DNA of 63,168 nt, counting the filler, from Folioceros fuciformis (taxonomy: Eukaryota), in assembly GCA_049999805.1 (NCBI GenBank). It is 9 parts of 9 records of this genome, joined end to end, with 100 filler letters (N's around TTAATTAATTAA, not from the genome) between each part and the next. Parts side by side here need not be neighbours in the genome. Positions count along the whole stretch, not along the records: positions 1 to 31,852 come from JBNGIO010002281.1; 8 more parts are not named here. One strand, 5' to 3'. Shown one piece after another: positions 1 through 11,673 of the stretch (positions are counted from its first letter, which is position 1; every line of letters begins with the position of its first letter). The position numbers and the translations under genes were made by a program. The notes under the pieces are model-generated. The model saw only the letters and a list, made by a program, of their open reading frames with translations, made no database searches and was not told where the DNA came from.

Positions 1-772
1 AGGATTTGCGCGCGCAGTACACGGACGCCGCCTCCGACTCCAGCACGGTCAGCAGCGGGAACGGGCTGGCGCTCCCCATCCTCTCCGGGGGACAATAAGG
101 GCCGGTGGCCATGCCCGCCATTTGGGCGCACCTGCGCATCGTCTGCTTGGCCGAATCCTCCCATATGGCGGGCACCGTGAGACACCACTGCACGTCCCGG
201 GACGTGATGTGCGGCCCGTACTTCTCCCTCAGGTGCTCGATCACGAACTCTGATAGCTTCCTCAAGTACTCGGTGATGCAGTCCAGGGTGGTGATTCCTT
301 CCGGCAACCCGGCCAGCGCATCCAACTGTTCCGCGTCCGCCCAGTTTTGCCCTTGCCGCCCGCCCCTCCATCCCTCCGGCGCCAGATTGAGCTTGAACTT
401 GAAGAGGAAGAGGCCGGCGCTCTCTGGCCCGCGCTCTCTGCCCCGATTCCTGAGCTGCCTCAAGTGCGCCTGCTGCGCCCCCCAGCCCCAATGCGTAGCC
501 CTGTACTTGGCCTCAGGCCCCTCTCGCACGTAGTACAGGCTCGTCTGCGTCTTGCAATAGCTCTTCTCCTGCCCCGGCCACTCGTAGTGGCAGAACACGT
601 TGTCCGGCTCGTCCCTGTGCGCGAACGCAAAGCCCGAGAATGTAGTCCCGAAATCCAAACCCACCACGACTCTGGCCTCCTCGCTCTCGCTCCCCCTGCT
701 CCCCGCCGAGGCCAAGGCCGAGGCCGATGCCAACAGTCCTTTGCCTTTCCTGGCCTTCCCCCAGGCCGCCAT
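1..772 (-). CDS. HSPA12-type atypical Hsp70 (actin-like ATPase), N-terminal part; runs off the window start
   Basis: Hand translation from ATG at 772 (not in the ORF track): MAAWGKARKG...VVVGLDFGTTFSGFAFAH (phosphate-1)...YEWPGQEKSYCKTQTSLYY...HWGW...FKLNL...ITEYLRKL...VQWCLTVPAIWEDSAKQTMRRCA...VLESEAASVYC. No intron seen. Collinear with the paralog at 31953-32982. Confidence 0.9.
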   Translation of the reverse strand, partial: MAAWGKARKGKGLLASASALASAGSRGSESEEARVVVGLDFGTTFSGFAFAHRDEPDNVFCHYEWPGQEKSYCKTQTSLYYVREGPEAKYRATHWGWGAQQAHLRQLRNRGRERGPESAGLFLFKFKLNLAPEGWRGGRQGQNWADAEQLDALAGLPEGITTLDCITEYLRKLSEFVIEHLREKYGPHITSRDVQWCLTVPAIWEDSAKQTMRRCAQMAGMATGPYCPPERMGSASPFPLLTVLESEAASVYCARKS

Positions 773-2078
773 GGATGAACCAAATTGTAAGCTGATAACT
801 GCGTTTCCTCCCAGCAGGTTACGGGAGAGGGAAGCGGAAGGGAGAGCTGCCCCGTTCTCATGCTCTCCAGGAGAACTAGCGACCAAGTCTCGATGAATGC
901 AGCGTTTCTTGGAAGTTACCTTTTCGTGCATGCCTGCCCACCAATCGCTCTGCGTCGAGCAGTACACGCGCAGCGAGGAGCAGTTCACGCGGAGCGTGGA
1001 TCCCACCGCATGTGTTCTACTGTTATCTTCGGGCCGACTACACACTGTACTTAATTCAGACCCACCACCCCCAGATTGTTTGAAGTGCACGCAGGCTTTG
1101 AAGCTTCTCTTGCGCCGCAGATCAGTCTGATGAGACTTTTCCATACACCTCATGCCATTTGCTCCGTTTATTCGGAACTGGATCAGCAGCCTTGGGTTGT
1201 CTCACCTAGAGCTCGTCTAATCAGAGTTGGTGAAGAATCGCATTTCTCATTGCTACGTAGTATTTGGAGTTGATTCATCACTCTGAATGCTCATCTCACG
1301 AATTATGTACAACCCTGTGGAAAGGAACACATCAAAACTCCGCACACGGGGAGGAATGCGGCTAGTACAAGGATATGCAGACATCTCCAACACCACCTTG
1401 ATCAGTAATTGCGGGATACATATCTCGGTGGAATGCAGACTGCACCACGGATTTGCCTCCATTTCTCAGACACCTCACAAGCCCCAAGGCCCGGCAGACA
1501 CGGCTTCGACGGACCCTCATCCCTCGGGCTTGCGGGAGCCAGTGGCTTGGGGCAATGAGATGTGAAGCCATTTATTATTGATGTTCCACACGACTTTTTT
1601 CACATACCGTGTAGCGCCATCCTCGCGCAAAGAATCCTGGAGAGGCAACAATGAGATCGGCAAGGGGTGAAAGTTGGTGATGATTTCCGTCCCTCCGAGA
1701 GGCGGATGAAATGGTAGTGTGGCACGGCAAATTGACCCCCCAAGGACCTCTGTGTCCAGGCCCGTGTGCGAGGAAAATGCTCCGGACGCAGCTTGCTTTT
1801 CCTGTGACGCCATCGCTGCGCTGCGGGAACGCTTCCCCAACGGAATTGGAGTTGTGGAGACGCAAACTGGATGGTTATCTGGTTGTGGGGTCCCGGCGGA
1901 GGTGCCAACACCTACTCACAATGAAGAAGCTGAGACCTCATGAGGTCCGGATGAAAGACCACCAGTCCAATCCTACAAGGGACTTCAGTAATCTTGATGA
2001 GAAAGACTTCTCCGTCAACAGAAAGAAAGAAGACGTTCCCAGAGATGTTCACTCGCCTTGGAGTCGAAAGACGAAGGG

Positions 2079-5000
2079 CTACTGATCCGACAGAGACAGC
2101 CTCTTGGCTGGCTTCTTCAGTTTGCGAGGATGTTGGGCTTTTCGTGCGAACTTGGAGTTGGCACGACTCTGACGTGACTGTCGGAGTTCCTCCTCGTTCA
2201 CTTTCACGGCCCAATCAGGACAAGATTCCGGAGCATAGTCGTAGTCGTAAAAGAGCTCTTCACCAGCAGTGATCCGCTCCTTCGCAAAAATCCCTACGCG
2301 GTGGTCTCCACTCACCAGCACTATCTGTGAAGCAGACAACAAGCCTGTAAGGTCCCAGGTTCCACAAAAGTTCTGAAATTAAGCAGGGCTCCCTCGCTCT
2401 CTCGGGTTGTCGGGGACGGTTACCTTGGCGAAACAGTTCGGGTGGCTGGAATGATTTGCAAACTTCAGTTTGTCCCCTTTCCGATAAGCATCGATGCAGA
2501 ACTGGAGAGAGGTCAAGAGGACTGAGATGTTAGAATTCTTCCTCTACTGTGCCTCGCGTACCACAGCAAGACTGCAGTGGTGTCAGGTTCTTGCCTCGTT
2601 GTTCAGGTTGAAGAGGTAAGAGCGGCCTTCATGATCGTATTTTCTTCCCCTTCGTTCTGCTTCATCGTGGGTGATAAGCTCCCCTGTATACTCTCCAAGA
2701 AATGTGTTCTTTTCCACGGGGTTCTGCACAGTAAGATTCAAAATGTCGAATCAACACCACAATGCAGAGTAATGAAATATCTGACCCTCCATTCAGCACC
2801 AACCTTCAGAAAAGCTCCCCACCCAACGATGCTTGATCTTCCCAGTAGAACCTGCATGACAGAGAAATGGAATAGGTTAATCCAGCCTGCCTCCTCCATT
2901 TCCCTCCCTGCCTCTCCCAGACTAGGTAGCTGAAACACAGCGCGTCATCTGCCTGCCTAGAGTACCCGTTGTTTTTGGCCGAGGAAGAGGGACATATTAT
3001 GGCAGTCACAGATGTCTTCTCGTTGAGGTGGTCCAATGCAAGAGCCATCCCCACAGCTGAAGAAAATCACACCCATGATCCAAGTTTATACACTACAACC
3101 TCACCAATACCCCCAAGTGACTGAAAGGCAGAAAGCTCCAAGTTAAGGTGCACAACAAACACGTGTCTCCCGAGCACTCCAGCATGCTCACCTTATCCAG
3201 CATTTCCTGCAAACATCAGGGTCACACTCCCGTGAAGCAGCAAAACAAGGACAATTCCTCGTACTGCAGTGACCCTTTGCACAATTGCATCCTCTAAAAC
3301 GATATTTGCAACTGCTTGCACACCTGCACAAACCACACAAGGATCCGACATTCAAGAACGTAAATCCGAGTTCTCTACACCAACCAAACAATTGGTGACA
3401 TTGACACATAGTGAGGCATGCACGTTTCTTACCCACAAAGCTTTTCACAGCAAGTTGCATTAAGCTTGCAAGGGCATTCCTTCCCACACGTTGGGAAACA
3501 GGCACAGGGATTGTAGTTGGTATACACATCCCTCTTAGCAAGATCGCTCAGCCGCTGGCGCAGAGCATTTGTCATACTGCTCCCCGACCCTTTTCTACCC
3601 GCTCTTCCTTTCCTCCTACCTCCACCTCCACGTGGGCGGACGTCTCCTTCCTGCTTCAACCAGCCCACTCTTACACCAATGACATGCATTCCCATGCTCA
3701 GTCCCATAACTACCATTCATCCCACCAGGACAGCAAATCTACCCGTGCCAATTTCCGACACAATACACTCAAAACAACAGTATCTGATACAAGTTTCGCA
3801 CCTGGTCATTGCCTGCCTGCATCGGCTGATAGGTGCCGCTACCTGCTTTTTGACTCTCTTCTCGTGTAATCATGAATTTTGACACCTCAATACACGTCTT
3901 CCAGCCTTTGAGAAGGTTTTGGGAAATAAGGCAGCTGCAGCAGCAGCCAAACAAAGAACCATGGCTCAGATGAAACCTACTCTAGGTTCACTTAATCAGA
4001 GCCATGACCATGGCTTAATGGGACAAAATGGATACCTGTTGCAGCCAAAAATTTGTAAGCCTTTCTCATAAAGATCTTTCTCGAGATTTGTCCAGCCAAT
4101 ATTGTCTCCACCCGTTTCAGCAAGCGAATCTGTCACAGGACGTAGCCTTGCCCCCTGATCTCCACTGTTTGTACTTGCTATATCTTCATTTGCTGAAGAA
4201 GCAGTCTTTTCCTCTACCACATGGCCAGAATCAGCTTCTGCTTCAGGCAAGAATTTTGGGACACTTTTCTCCTGATCATGCTCAGTTTCTGGGATCAGCC
4301 GAATTGAATTGTTTCCCTGATCTCTGGTCCGCTTCAGACACACCTGCACCTCCTCTGTCTTCTCACTGTCATCTTGTAGCCCTCCTGACAGTTCATCTTC
4401 TGGCATGAATTTCCTCTTGCTTCGTGCTACAGTAGCTGGACTATCCCTAAAAGAGGTTATTCCTTGTGCAAGAGCACTGGACGAGCCCACTCTATCCAAA
4501 TGACCTTCAATTGTACCCACACCCATCCTTTCAGAGCATGACGTGTCTTGCTTCTGTATGGAGCTGAATCCCTGCTCCTCACAGCTTCCAATACCAGATA
4601 CCCCACTGAGCTCAACAGGCTGTTGTGACCACAATGCAGTCAAATGGTTTCACCCATTGTCCACAGTCCCACAACTTTGGAATCTCACTCTTAAACACAA
4701 CATCCACATTTAGGAGCCATACGTACCTGTAACACACATTGAGAGCTACAGGGTCTTGATCTTTCGACATCTGGTTGTGTCCAATGGCGAGTTACTTCAT
4801 TCTACAATGGTACAGCCCCCAGCCAGTAAGAATGCCATAATCTCCAGCTTGCAAAACAGCGAGAGGTCAGACAACAGGAACTGCAATATCTTACAGGCAA
4901 AGCGAGTTCCTGTGAGCAGCCATGGAGCACGCAGTCAAAAACCTGCAGATTAAACGAGTAACGTGTGCTTGGTCAGTTGAAGAAGCTGACCAGGGACAGT

Positions 5001-6373
5001 AGAAAAAAACACCATGACCCTCGTCATCAGCAACCACAAATAAATGACCATGACAATATATACATCAATGGCAGAAGCTGGAGAGCCTTACTAAGCATCG
5101 GCGGCAGAAGAGGCACTCAAAAGCGTCCATTGCCTGTTTCAAGCTTCGACTAGCAAGAATCCGGTTGTCATCCGGTGTCTCATTATCCTCTTCCACTTCT
5201 TTCACAGCTTTATCAACATTCGATGAACTTCTGCTCGTGGTGGAGCTGCATGTGACGCTTGACTTGGAAGCCTCCACAGTTTTTTGACCGTTTTGTTCTG
5301 CTTCAATCTCATCATAACGTGCCTGTCTCAGACAGAGGTCCACAGCTCAAGTTGGGAAACCCTGTTCGTAATCGAGGGGACAGGATGAATCGATGAGTCA
5401 AATTGGGCTGGGTACACCTGCCTGTACCTTAACCTCGTCACAGCTCTTGTCCAGAATGGTTGCAAGCTCTTCAAGCACCTCAGGGCCTGAACCATGCTTC
5501 TCAATCATCTTCCTGCACAGAACACATGAGGAAAGCTGTGAGAGTCACTCCGGAGAAATTCGGACCTCTCCCGTCACTCTCCATACATCAGGACAGCCGC
5601 TGGACAGTACACGATAACGGAATCATCAAGTTTGTGGAAGGTGTTCCCATCATCCAGTTCGTCTCTGGACCTTCTCGAAGACTTGGTGCAGTCGACGAGA
5701 GCACAATTTTTGCCATCATAGTAGACCTTTTGATGCCCAATGACTGGAAGATCCTCAGTAATAAATTCGTTCCTGCGCACAAGACAATACCATAGATACG
5801 AATCACAACCCCATGCAATGAGCACGCAAAGTCATCAAGAACGAAGCCAACAAGACTTGGGACTCACTTTTGAACAAAAACCCAAGAAATGTATGGCGGC
5901 ACATTCTGCACAACATCAAGCCTGACTGGATGCTTCTTGGTGAGGAGCAACTTCGTTCCATCAGCTGCCGAAAATTCCACCTTGTCCTCACAGCACTTAT
6001 CATTAGATGTCCTTCCATCGCAGCGGGAAGCATGGACCTTGCAAGCTGCAGTTAATCCTAATGGATCAGATAAGGGCAAAGCTTTCGTTTGCTTCTTCAA
6101 CAGTTGCGCCGACTGGTTCCCTTGCTTTCTTGATAGAGTCTCCAGCTTCCCACTGAACCTCCTCAAATTTGCGGAATTTCGCTCCAGTCTTGCCTGCTTA
6201 GCATAAATCTCTCTTAGATGCTCATCCCTCTCAAAGTTTTGACCCACACTGCTAGGAGGCAGGGAACGAGCGCACGTCACCTGCAGGCGTCTCACATTGT
6301 CAGCTTCAAATTCAGCTTTCACGTCCTTCAAGGTGCGGGCAAAGGCTTTGGACAAGTCGTCGCTTGTCCCCAT
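2079..6373 (-). CDS. E(z)/CURLY LEAF-like PRC2 histone H3K27 methyltransferase, multi-exon
   Basis: Exon peptides in the expected order: [46 protein letters not shown]-like [20 protein letters not shown] ([40 protein letters not shown]), SET ([63 protein letters not shown]). Start Met at 6373 is a best guess. Confidence 0.93.
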
Positions 6374-7975
6374 CTTGATGCGTGGTCCTTCAATCAATGA
6401 CGAGTTCGTGGCCACACATCTGCACGCATTCCGGGAACAGACGCTGGTATGGCAGCAGCCTGTCGCTGCCCAGTCGCTCCTCGCCCGAGCGAAGCCCTCT
6501 GGGCAACCAGCCCTGATGAAAGGCAAGTCGCATATTCACTGGGAGGCTGCTCCTGCCGATGCTAGGTCGCAAAACAGAGCTCATCTGATTCAAAACCACA
6601 GCCAGTTCCCGACCATCACACCATTTCCACCGGCCCCCGCGACGAGCCTTGCGTTTCTCCTCCGCTCTTGTCGTATCGTGCACGAGCGACCACCATTCCT
6701 CCCGTCAGCCAGCCGATCGATCTTTCGTGATTTCTTGGGTCACTTGTTGTCGCTGTTTGTGTAAGAGCGAAACAAAACACACTTGTTGTTGTTATGTAGA
6801 GATTTGGCAGCGGATGGTTTACACACAGGAAGCGACTTCCGATAAGCGTATCCTAATATTTAAGGCTGTCTATATTTAGTACTTTTATGCAGTCAAGGTT
6901 GATATGGAATGAAACATGGAGACAGTTATAAAAGAAAATATTGGAGACCCATCCACCCGTAAAGAGAAGGGATTAAGCAACTACACAAAAATGAGAAGAC
7001 TAGCCCTAATCTTGCAACTATGATAGGTCTTTGCACATGCCTTGACAAAACTTCGTGAAACTCTTGTTCATGGCCTGAGGCCATTGCCCAACCCTTTCCA
7101 CCCACCATAGGAAAAAGGGAACTTTAACATAGGGCCTCCTTGAATGAGAAAAACTTATTTTCCCTTGGTAACGAATAACCATAACACTCTGCTTAATAAG
7201 GTGTTTAACCTACTTAATAGGAAATAAACACTCATGTTATTATTTGTTCATAATGCATCTCTTTATGAGAAGTTATCTCACAAGATAGAGCACAACAAGT
7301 TAATGTGCAATAAGAGAAACTAAAGGGACATAAACATAGTTATACGTATCTTGTAATTAAACTAGTAACCTTGATTATTTATTATAAAATGTACTTTTTA
7401 ATATTCTCTTAAGATGACTTATCTCATCATTTTTCATGATCAGAAATAACCTTATCATGTTGAAATATTTTTTTTAATTTATAGATCATTTATATCTATA
7501 AGCATATTTATGCAAAGATAAGAGAAGTACTTAACATCTCATTACTACAATGTGTCTAGTTAGCTACTCCAATTAGCATCCTTCCATTGTCCATTTGGCC
7601 TAAGCTATGTGGACGTGATGCAGATGATAATTATGGAAAAACAAATCTAATAAATAGTATATTAATTATTTATATATATTAATAATGTTTGATTATATAT
7701 AAAGTATAAATATAGTTCAATTTTGACTGTATCCAATAGAAATATTGCAGTAATAATCGTTACAATCTACACAAAGTTTCAGCAAGATATATAATAATTT
7801 TTAAGTGTTTGAGAATAATTTGTTTGCAAACTAAACTGTATTTACAAACCTTAGCTAAGTTGTTATATAGTTTCTCGGAATTTAGTGATACGACTGGAAT
7901 CCGAATCCGAAAGCAGTTGCGGGTTTGGCTGTGCCGTGAGAGTCAGATTCCGCTGCTACCCACATGATTCTGCCG

Positions 7976-9706
7976 TCACAAGGGCACTTCCTTGTTGAAT
8001 ATCCAGCTAATGGAAGCGTTTTTGGCAGGTCTGTTTTGCGATCGGCTCTCGGCTCTTTCTTCCAACCTTAGAATGCGTCTTGGAAGATTACACACGTAAT
8101 CTTGAGCCCGCTGGGCCTCGCTGGAGAGTCCCACTCTGTCTTCCACTTTCCAGGCTTGAATCAAGTGCTCAATAATTTGCGCATAGTCTCTGCTCGTATA
8201 CACTCCACATCTCTGAGCAACCTGTGAAAGCAAGGATCAAGGCGTCACAGATCAGTTTCACTACCGGTTTTTTGGAAAACGGAGGACGAGATAGGAGTTC
8301 TTGACTTTGGTGGCGAAGCAGCCACCAAACCAAAGCGAGACGCACAATGAAGACTTGTTGGATACATGCAAGGAACGGATGCGAAAGGTGGTCCTCTTAC
8401 TGAGGCGTAGTCTTGAAACAGGTGACGATTTTCCCCATCAAACATCAAGTGAGCCGGCATCGTGATCCTCTTCCTCATCATCTCCTCGAATGCAATCATG
8501 GCACCACTAGGATCTAGATTGAACAGCTGCTCCACGATCCGAGTATAGGCAATCTCGTGTCTTTTCTCATCAGAGGCAATCATCCCGCAGATAGTAGCAA
8601 GCTTGCTCTCCCCAAATTTCTTGGCATGTTTCGCAGTGTTACCATGGGAAATAAATGTAGCGCGCTCCTGGAAGGAAGTGTAGATGAAGCCATTGTAGGG
8701 ACTGTTGTCGATTCCGGGATCCTGCAGAAGACGCAGAAGTGACGATTGATGGTTAGAAGGCCCTGCACGGGACTTGCACTGCGCTGCTCCAGTCACTGTG
8801 CAGGAAGGAAGCGGAGTTTGTGGTCAGAAGGAAGGCAATCGACAAAAACTTTTCCTCTGAAGCTCGCATGGGAGGATGAGAGTCATCATACCATGCCCGA
8901 GCCAATCAAATGCTGAGTCGTTCTCTCTACCATCTTCATGTCCACCCTGCCAGAAAGATACAGATACTTGTTCAACAGATCTCCATGGCGATTCTCCTCT
9001 GCTGTCCATGCCCTGACCCACACTCCCCATGGTGTTGGACTGCTACCTGTGGTATCTCTCACTCCCTCGAACGTGTTGAAAACAGACTGGTATGTTGGCA
9101 GAGCCTCCTCCGTGATCATATCCCCCACCAGGCACACCAGATAGTCATCCGGGAGCTCCCGTGCTCTTTGCTGCAGCGCTCTCACCTCCTCGTAGAAGCT
9201 ATCGGATGATGCATCGGGAAGGTAATCTTGGGGCTGCCAACACTTGTCTACGGGCTTCAGCAGAGGCAAGAGAGAAGCCTGAGCCCAACTATCCAGTGAC
9301 TCGATGACCTCCAGCTGTTCTCTGGGAATTTGAAACTTCGCTTGTCCATTTGTCACTCTAGTAGTCCTCTGTAGTTGACCTCTGTCAGTCATCAGGTTCT
9401 GCTCAGCAGAAGACTTCAAGGTGGGTTCCACTTCCCTGCAACGACAACACACACAATATAACACTCCGCAACAACGATCGATTACGCTCGCCCATAATTC
9501 CATCACCACATCTACATTGCGACAATTCTTCACCTCTGCTTGACAGATATTGCCGACAACTCGGATTTAGTCCGAAGCCGGGTAGGGAGAGCTTTACCCG
9601 GACCCAAAACAGGTTGTAGCAAATTACGTTCGATAACATCCTGACTAGACAACGAGATCGGAGGGAGAGCAAGCTGTTGGAAACAGCTGACAAGCTTCGC
9701 CGCCAT
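7976..9706 (-). CDS. SAD: Plastid acyl-ACP (stearoyl-ACP) desaturase, 4 exons
   Basis: Motifs [78 protein letters not shown]. Exon 1 (9706-9534, [11 protein letters not shown]...) is transit-peptide-like and splices in frame to exon 2. Confidence 0.95.
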
Positions 9707-11673
9707 CGCTACCCTGTCCCGAGATGGGATGTCTACACAACCTTGAGAACTGGAAAAACGAACGCCTCCTTCCGCCTCTGCAATGCAGTTTCAGATACTC
9801 GCCACCCAGGCACCAGCTTCAGCCAGGAGCTGGAATAGATTCGTTCAGAGAAGACAGGCACGCGGAGTCTCCAGAATTATGACCACACAGAGACAGCACC
9901 ACGATGCTTGAGTATGCATGTCACACCAACGGAGCTAACTGGGGACTCCGACTCAGATTCTGCAACATACCTGCCTGGCTAATTGAAGCTCAGATTCATC
10001 CACCGAAGACCAAAAGCAGATTGCCTGTCCTGTGGTGCAGGACAAAGAGGCACGTGCTAAGCAGCAGCGAAATTGGATGGGCAAGAGAGAAGCGAGAGGG
10101 CGAATGCCATAATTACGAGGATGATGAAATCTAAGGCAATGCCACTGCAACTCCAAGGCATCCAGGACCTCGGAGACCGCCTGACACACCTGAATGTTCT
10201 CTTGCGATCTGGCGTCTGGCTTCTGGGATTGCTGCTGCGCCTTCTCCTGGCTCCCAGAGACCGGAGAGCCCAAATAATGGGGGAACCGGAGCAGGGTGAG
10301 AGAGGGGAGAAGCCGGGGCAGGGCTCTCTCAGGCCTTGATGACCAGCAGCAATGGAGGCAGGTGCAAAAGGACTTGTCACCTGGGAGCACCGTGACTGTT
10401 CCTGCGTCACTGCATACGACGAAGGCCTACACAGCACAGGAGAAGCATAAAGGCAGAACTGAAGGGGGTTGTGTTTTGTAGCAAATCCACCACCACCCTC
10501 AACCGCTCCCACATAGTAAAACTTCCCACTTGATCAGCTAGCGTCCCCTCTCTCAAAAAATGCTCCAGAAATTTTCTCGGGCCCAGAGAGCTTTGCTGGT
10601 GTCCCTCCCGGAATAGTTACTTCCAGTCACCTTCCCACCACGGGATTTGTGGAAGTACGAACTGCGGGTGGTTCCTCGAAATGTGGGCGTGTCAGGTGCT
10701 CTACTGCAACGATAAGGAGAACAAGGGTTATGGGTTCCATGTGTCTGGCTACACATACCTGTAAACAACCGCAAGCAAGTTGCATCATCTGCTTGCTCAA
10801 GAATCGGCGAATCCCGCAAATCCCACCTGGTGTAAAAGAGTTTGTTGGACAGTTATTTGACTCCATGCCGCCCGTAATGCTGCTGCCCCGCGGGACACTG
10901 TAGGCAGTTGGAAAATGCCAGACAGCCCAGGGGATCAAGGACCTTCCTTTTAAAGCTGCATGACAGCGAACAGGAGTGTGCAAGTACCTTGCGATGATGT
11001 GACCGCCTGCTCAGCGGGTGTCACAGGGATACGAGTTTACTCGTACTGTCCCTGAGCCATTTTGTGACTTCACCTGGTTCGTGGACATGTGATGGTCCCT
11101 CCGCTGTAAATGCCCTGCGGTTTGCTGGCCTGCCCTAAGGTCCCACCCAGGGTGTGGTCGGTGAGATTGCTGCAGCATTAGACTACCACGAGCAGGAAGT
11201 CCAGGCGCACCGTCTATTTGCGGTCAGATAACACCCCTGCTGTGCATGCAACAGCACTTTCAGTTGAAACAGATATTGAGAAAACCACAGGGCAAGAGTG
11301 TACTTACGTGACGACTCCGGCGAGACCAGATCTTTGCACTCCTGTGGGATTAGTTTACGCACAAGCCAGGCTCACATCACCTCACAAGTGGAGGGGCCAG
11401 CTTTATTGCTGCATTGAAACAGTCTACATGCCGCATTCATGGCCCAGCTACCGTATGCTTGCTTGCACTCACGATGGCTACAGCCAGCATTTCAACATGG
11501 CCCAGCACTATGATGAAGTCAAGTCAAGCAAGCTTCGTTGGAGCCAAAGCCGTGCATGCCAGGCGCCGTGCTCCGGATCCGCCGTGGCTCCCCTGTCAAG
11601 AAGGAGGCCGAACTGACTCCTGGCTTGCCTCCGCCAACATCACGGTTTTCACTTGCCGGGCCTTGGTTTCACG

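Noticed and set aside
780-2078. A GrpE-like/IRKI partner upstream of the first Hsp70 copy
   Set aside because: Only short ORFs with no IRKI motifs lie before the E(z) 3' end. This counts against obligate pairing.
10991-11058. Possible C/D-box snoRNA or hairpin RNA (GATGATG...CTGA, stem CAGGGATACGAGT/ACTCGTACTGTCCCTG)
   Set aside because: The C box is imperfect and I found no convincing rRNA-complementary guide. It cannot be supported without a covariance search.
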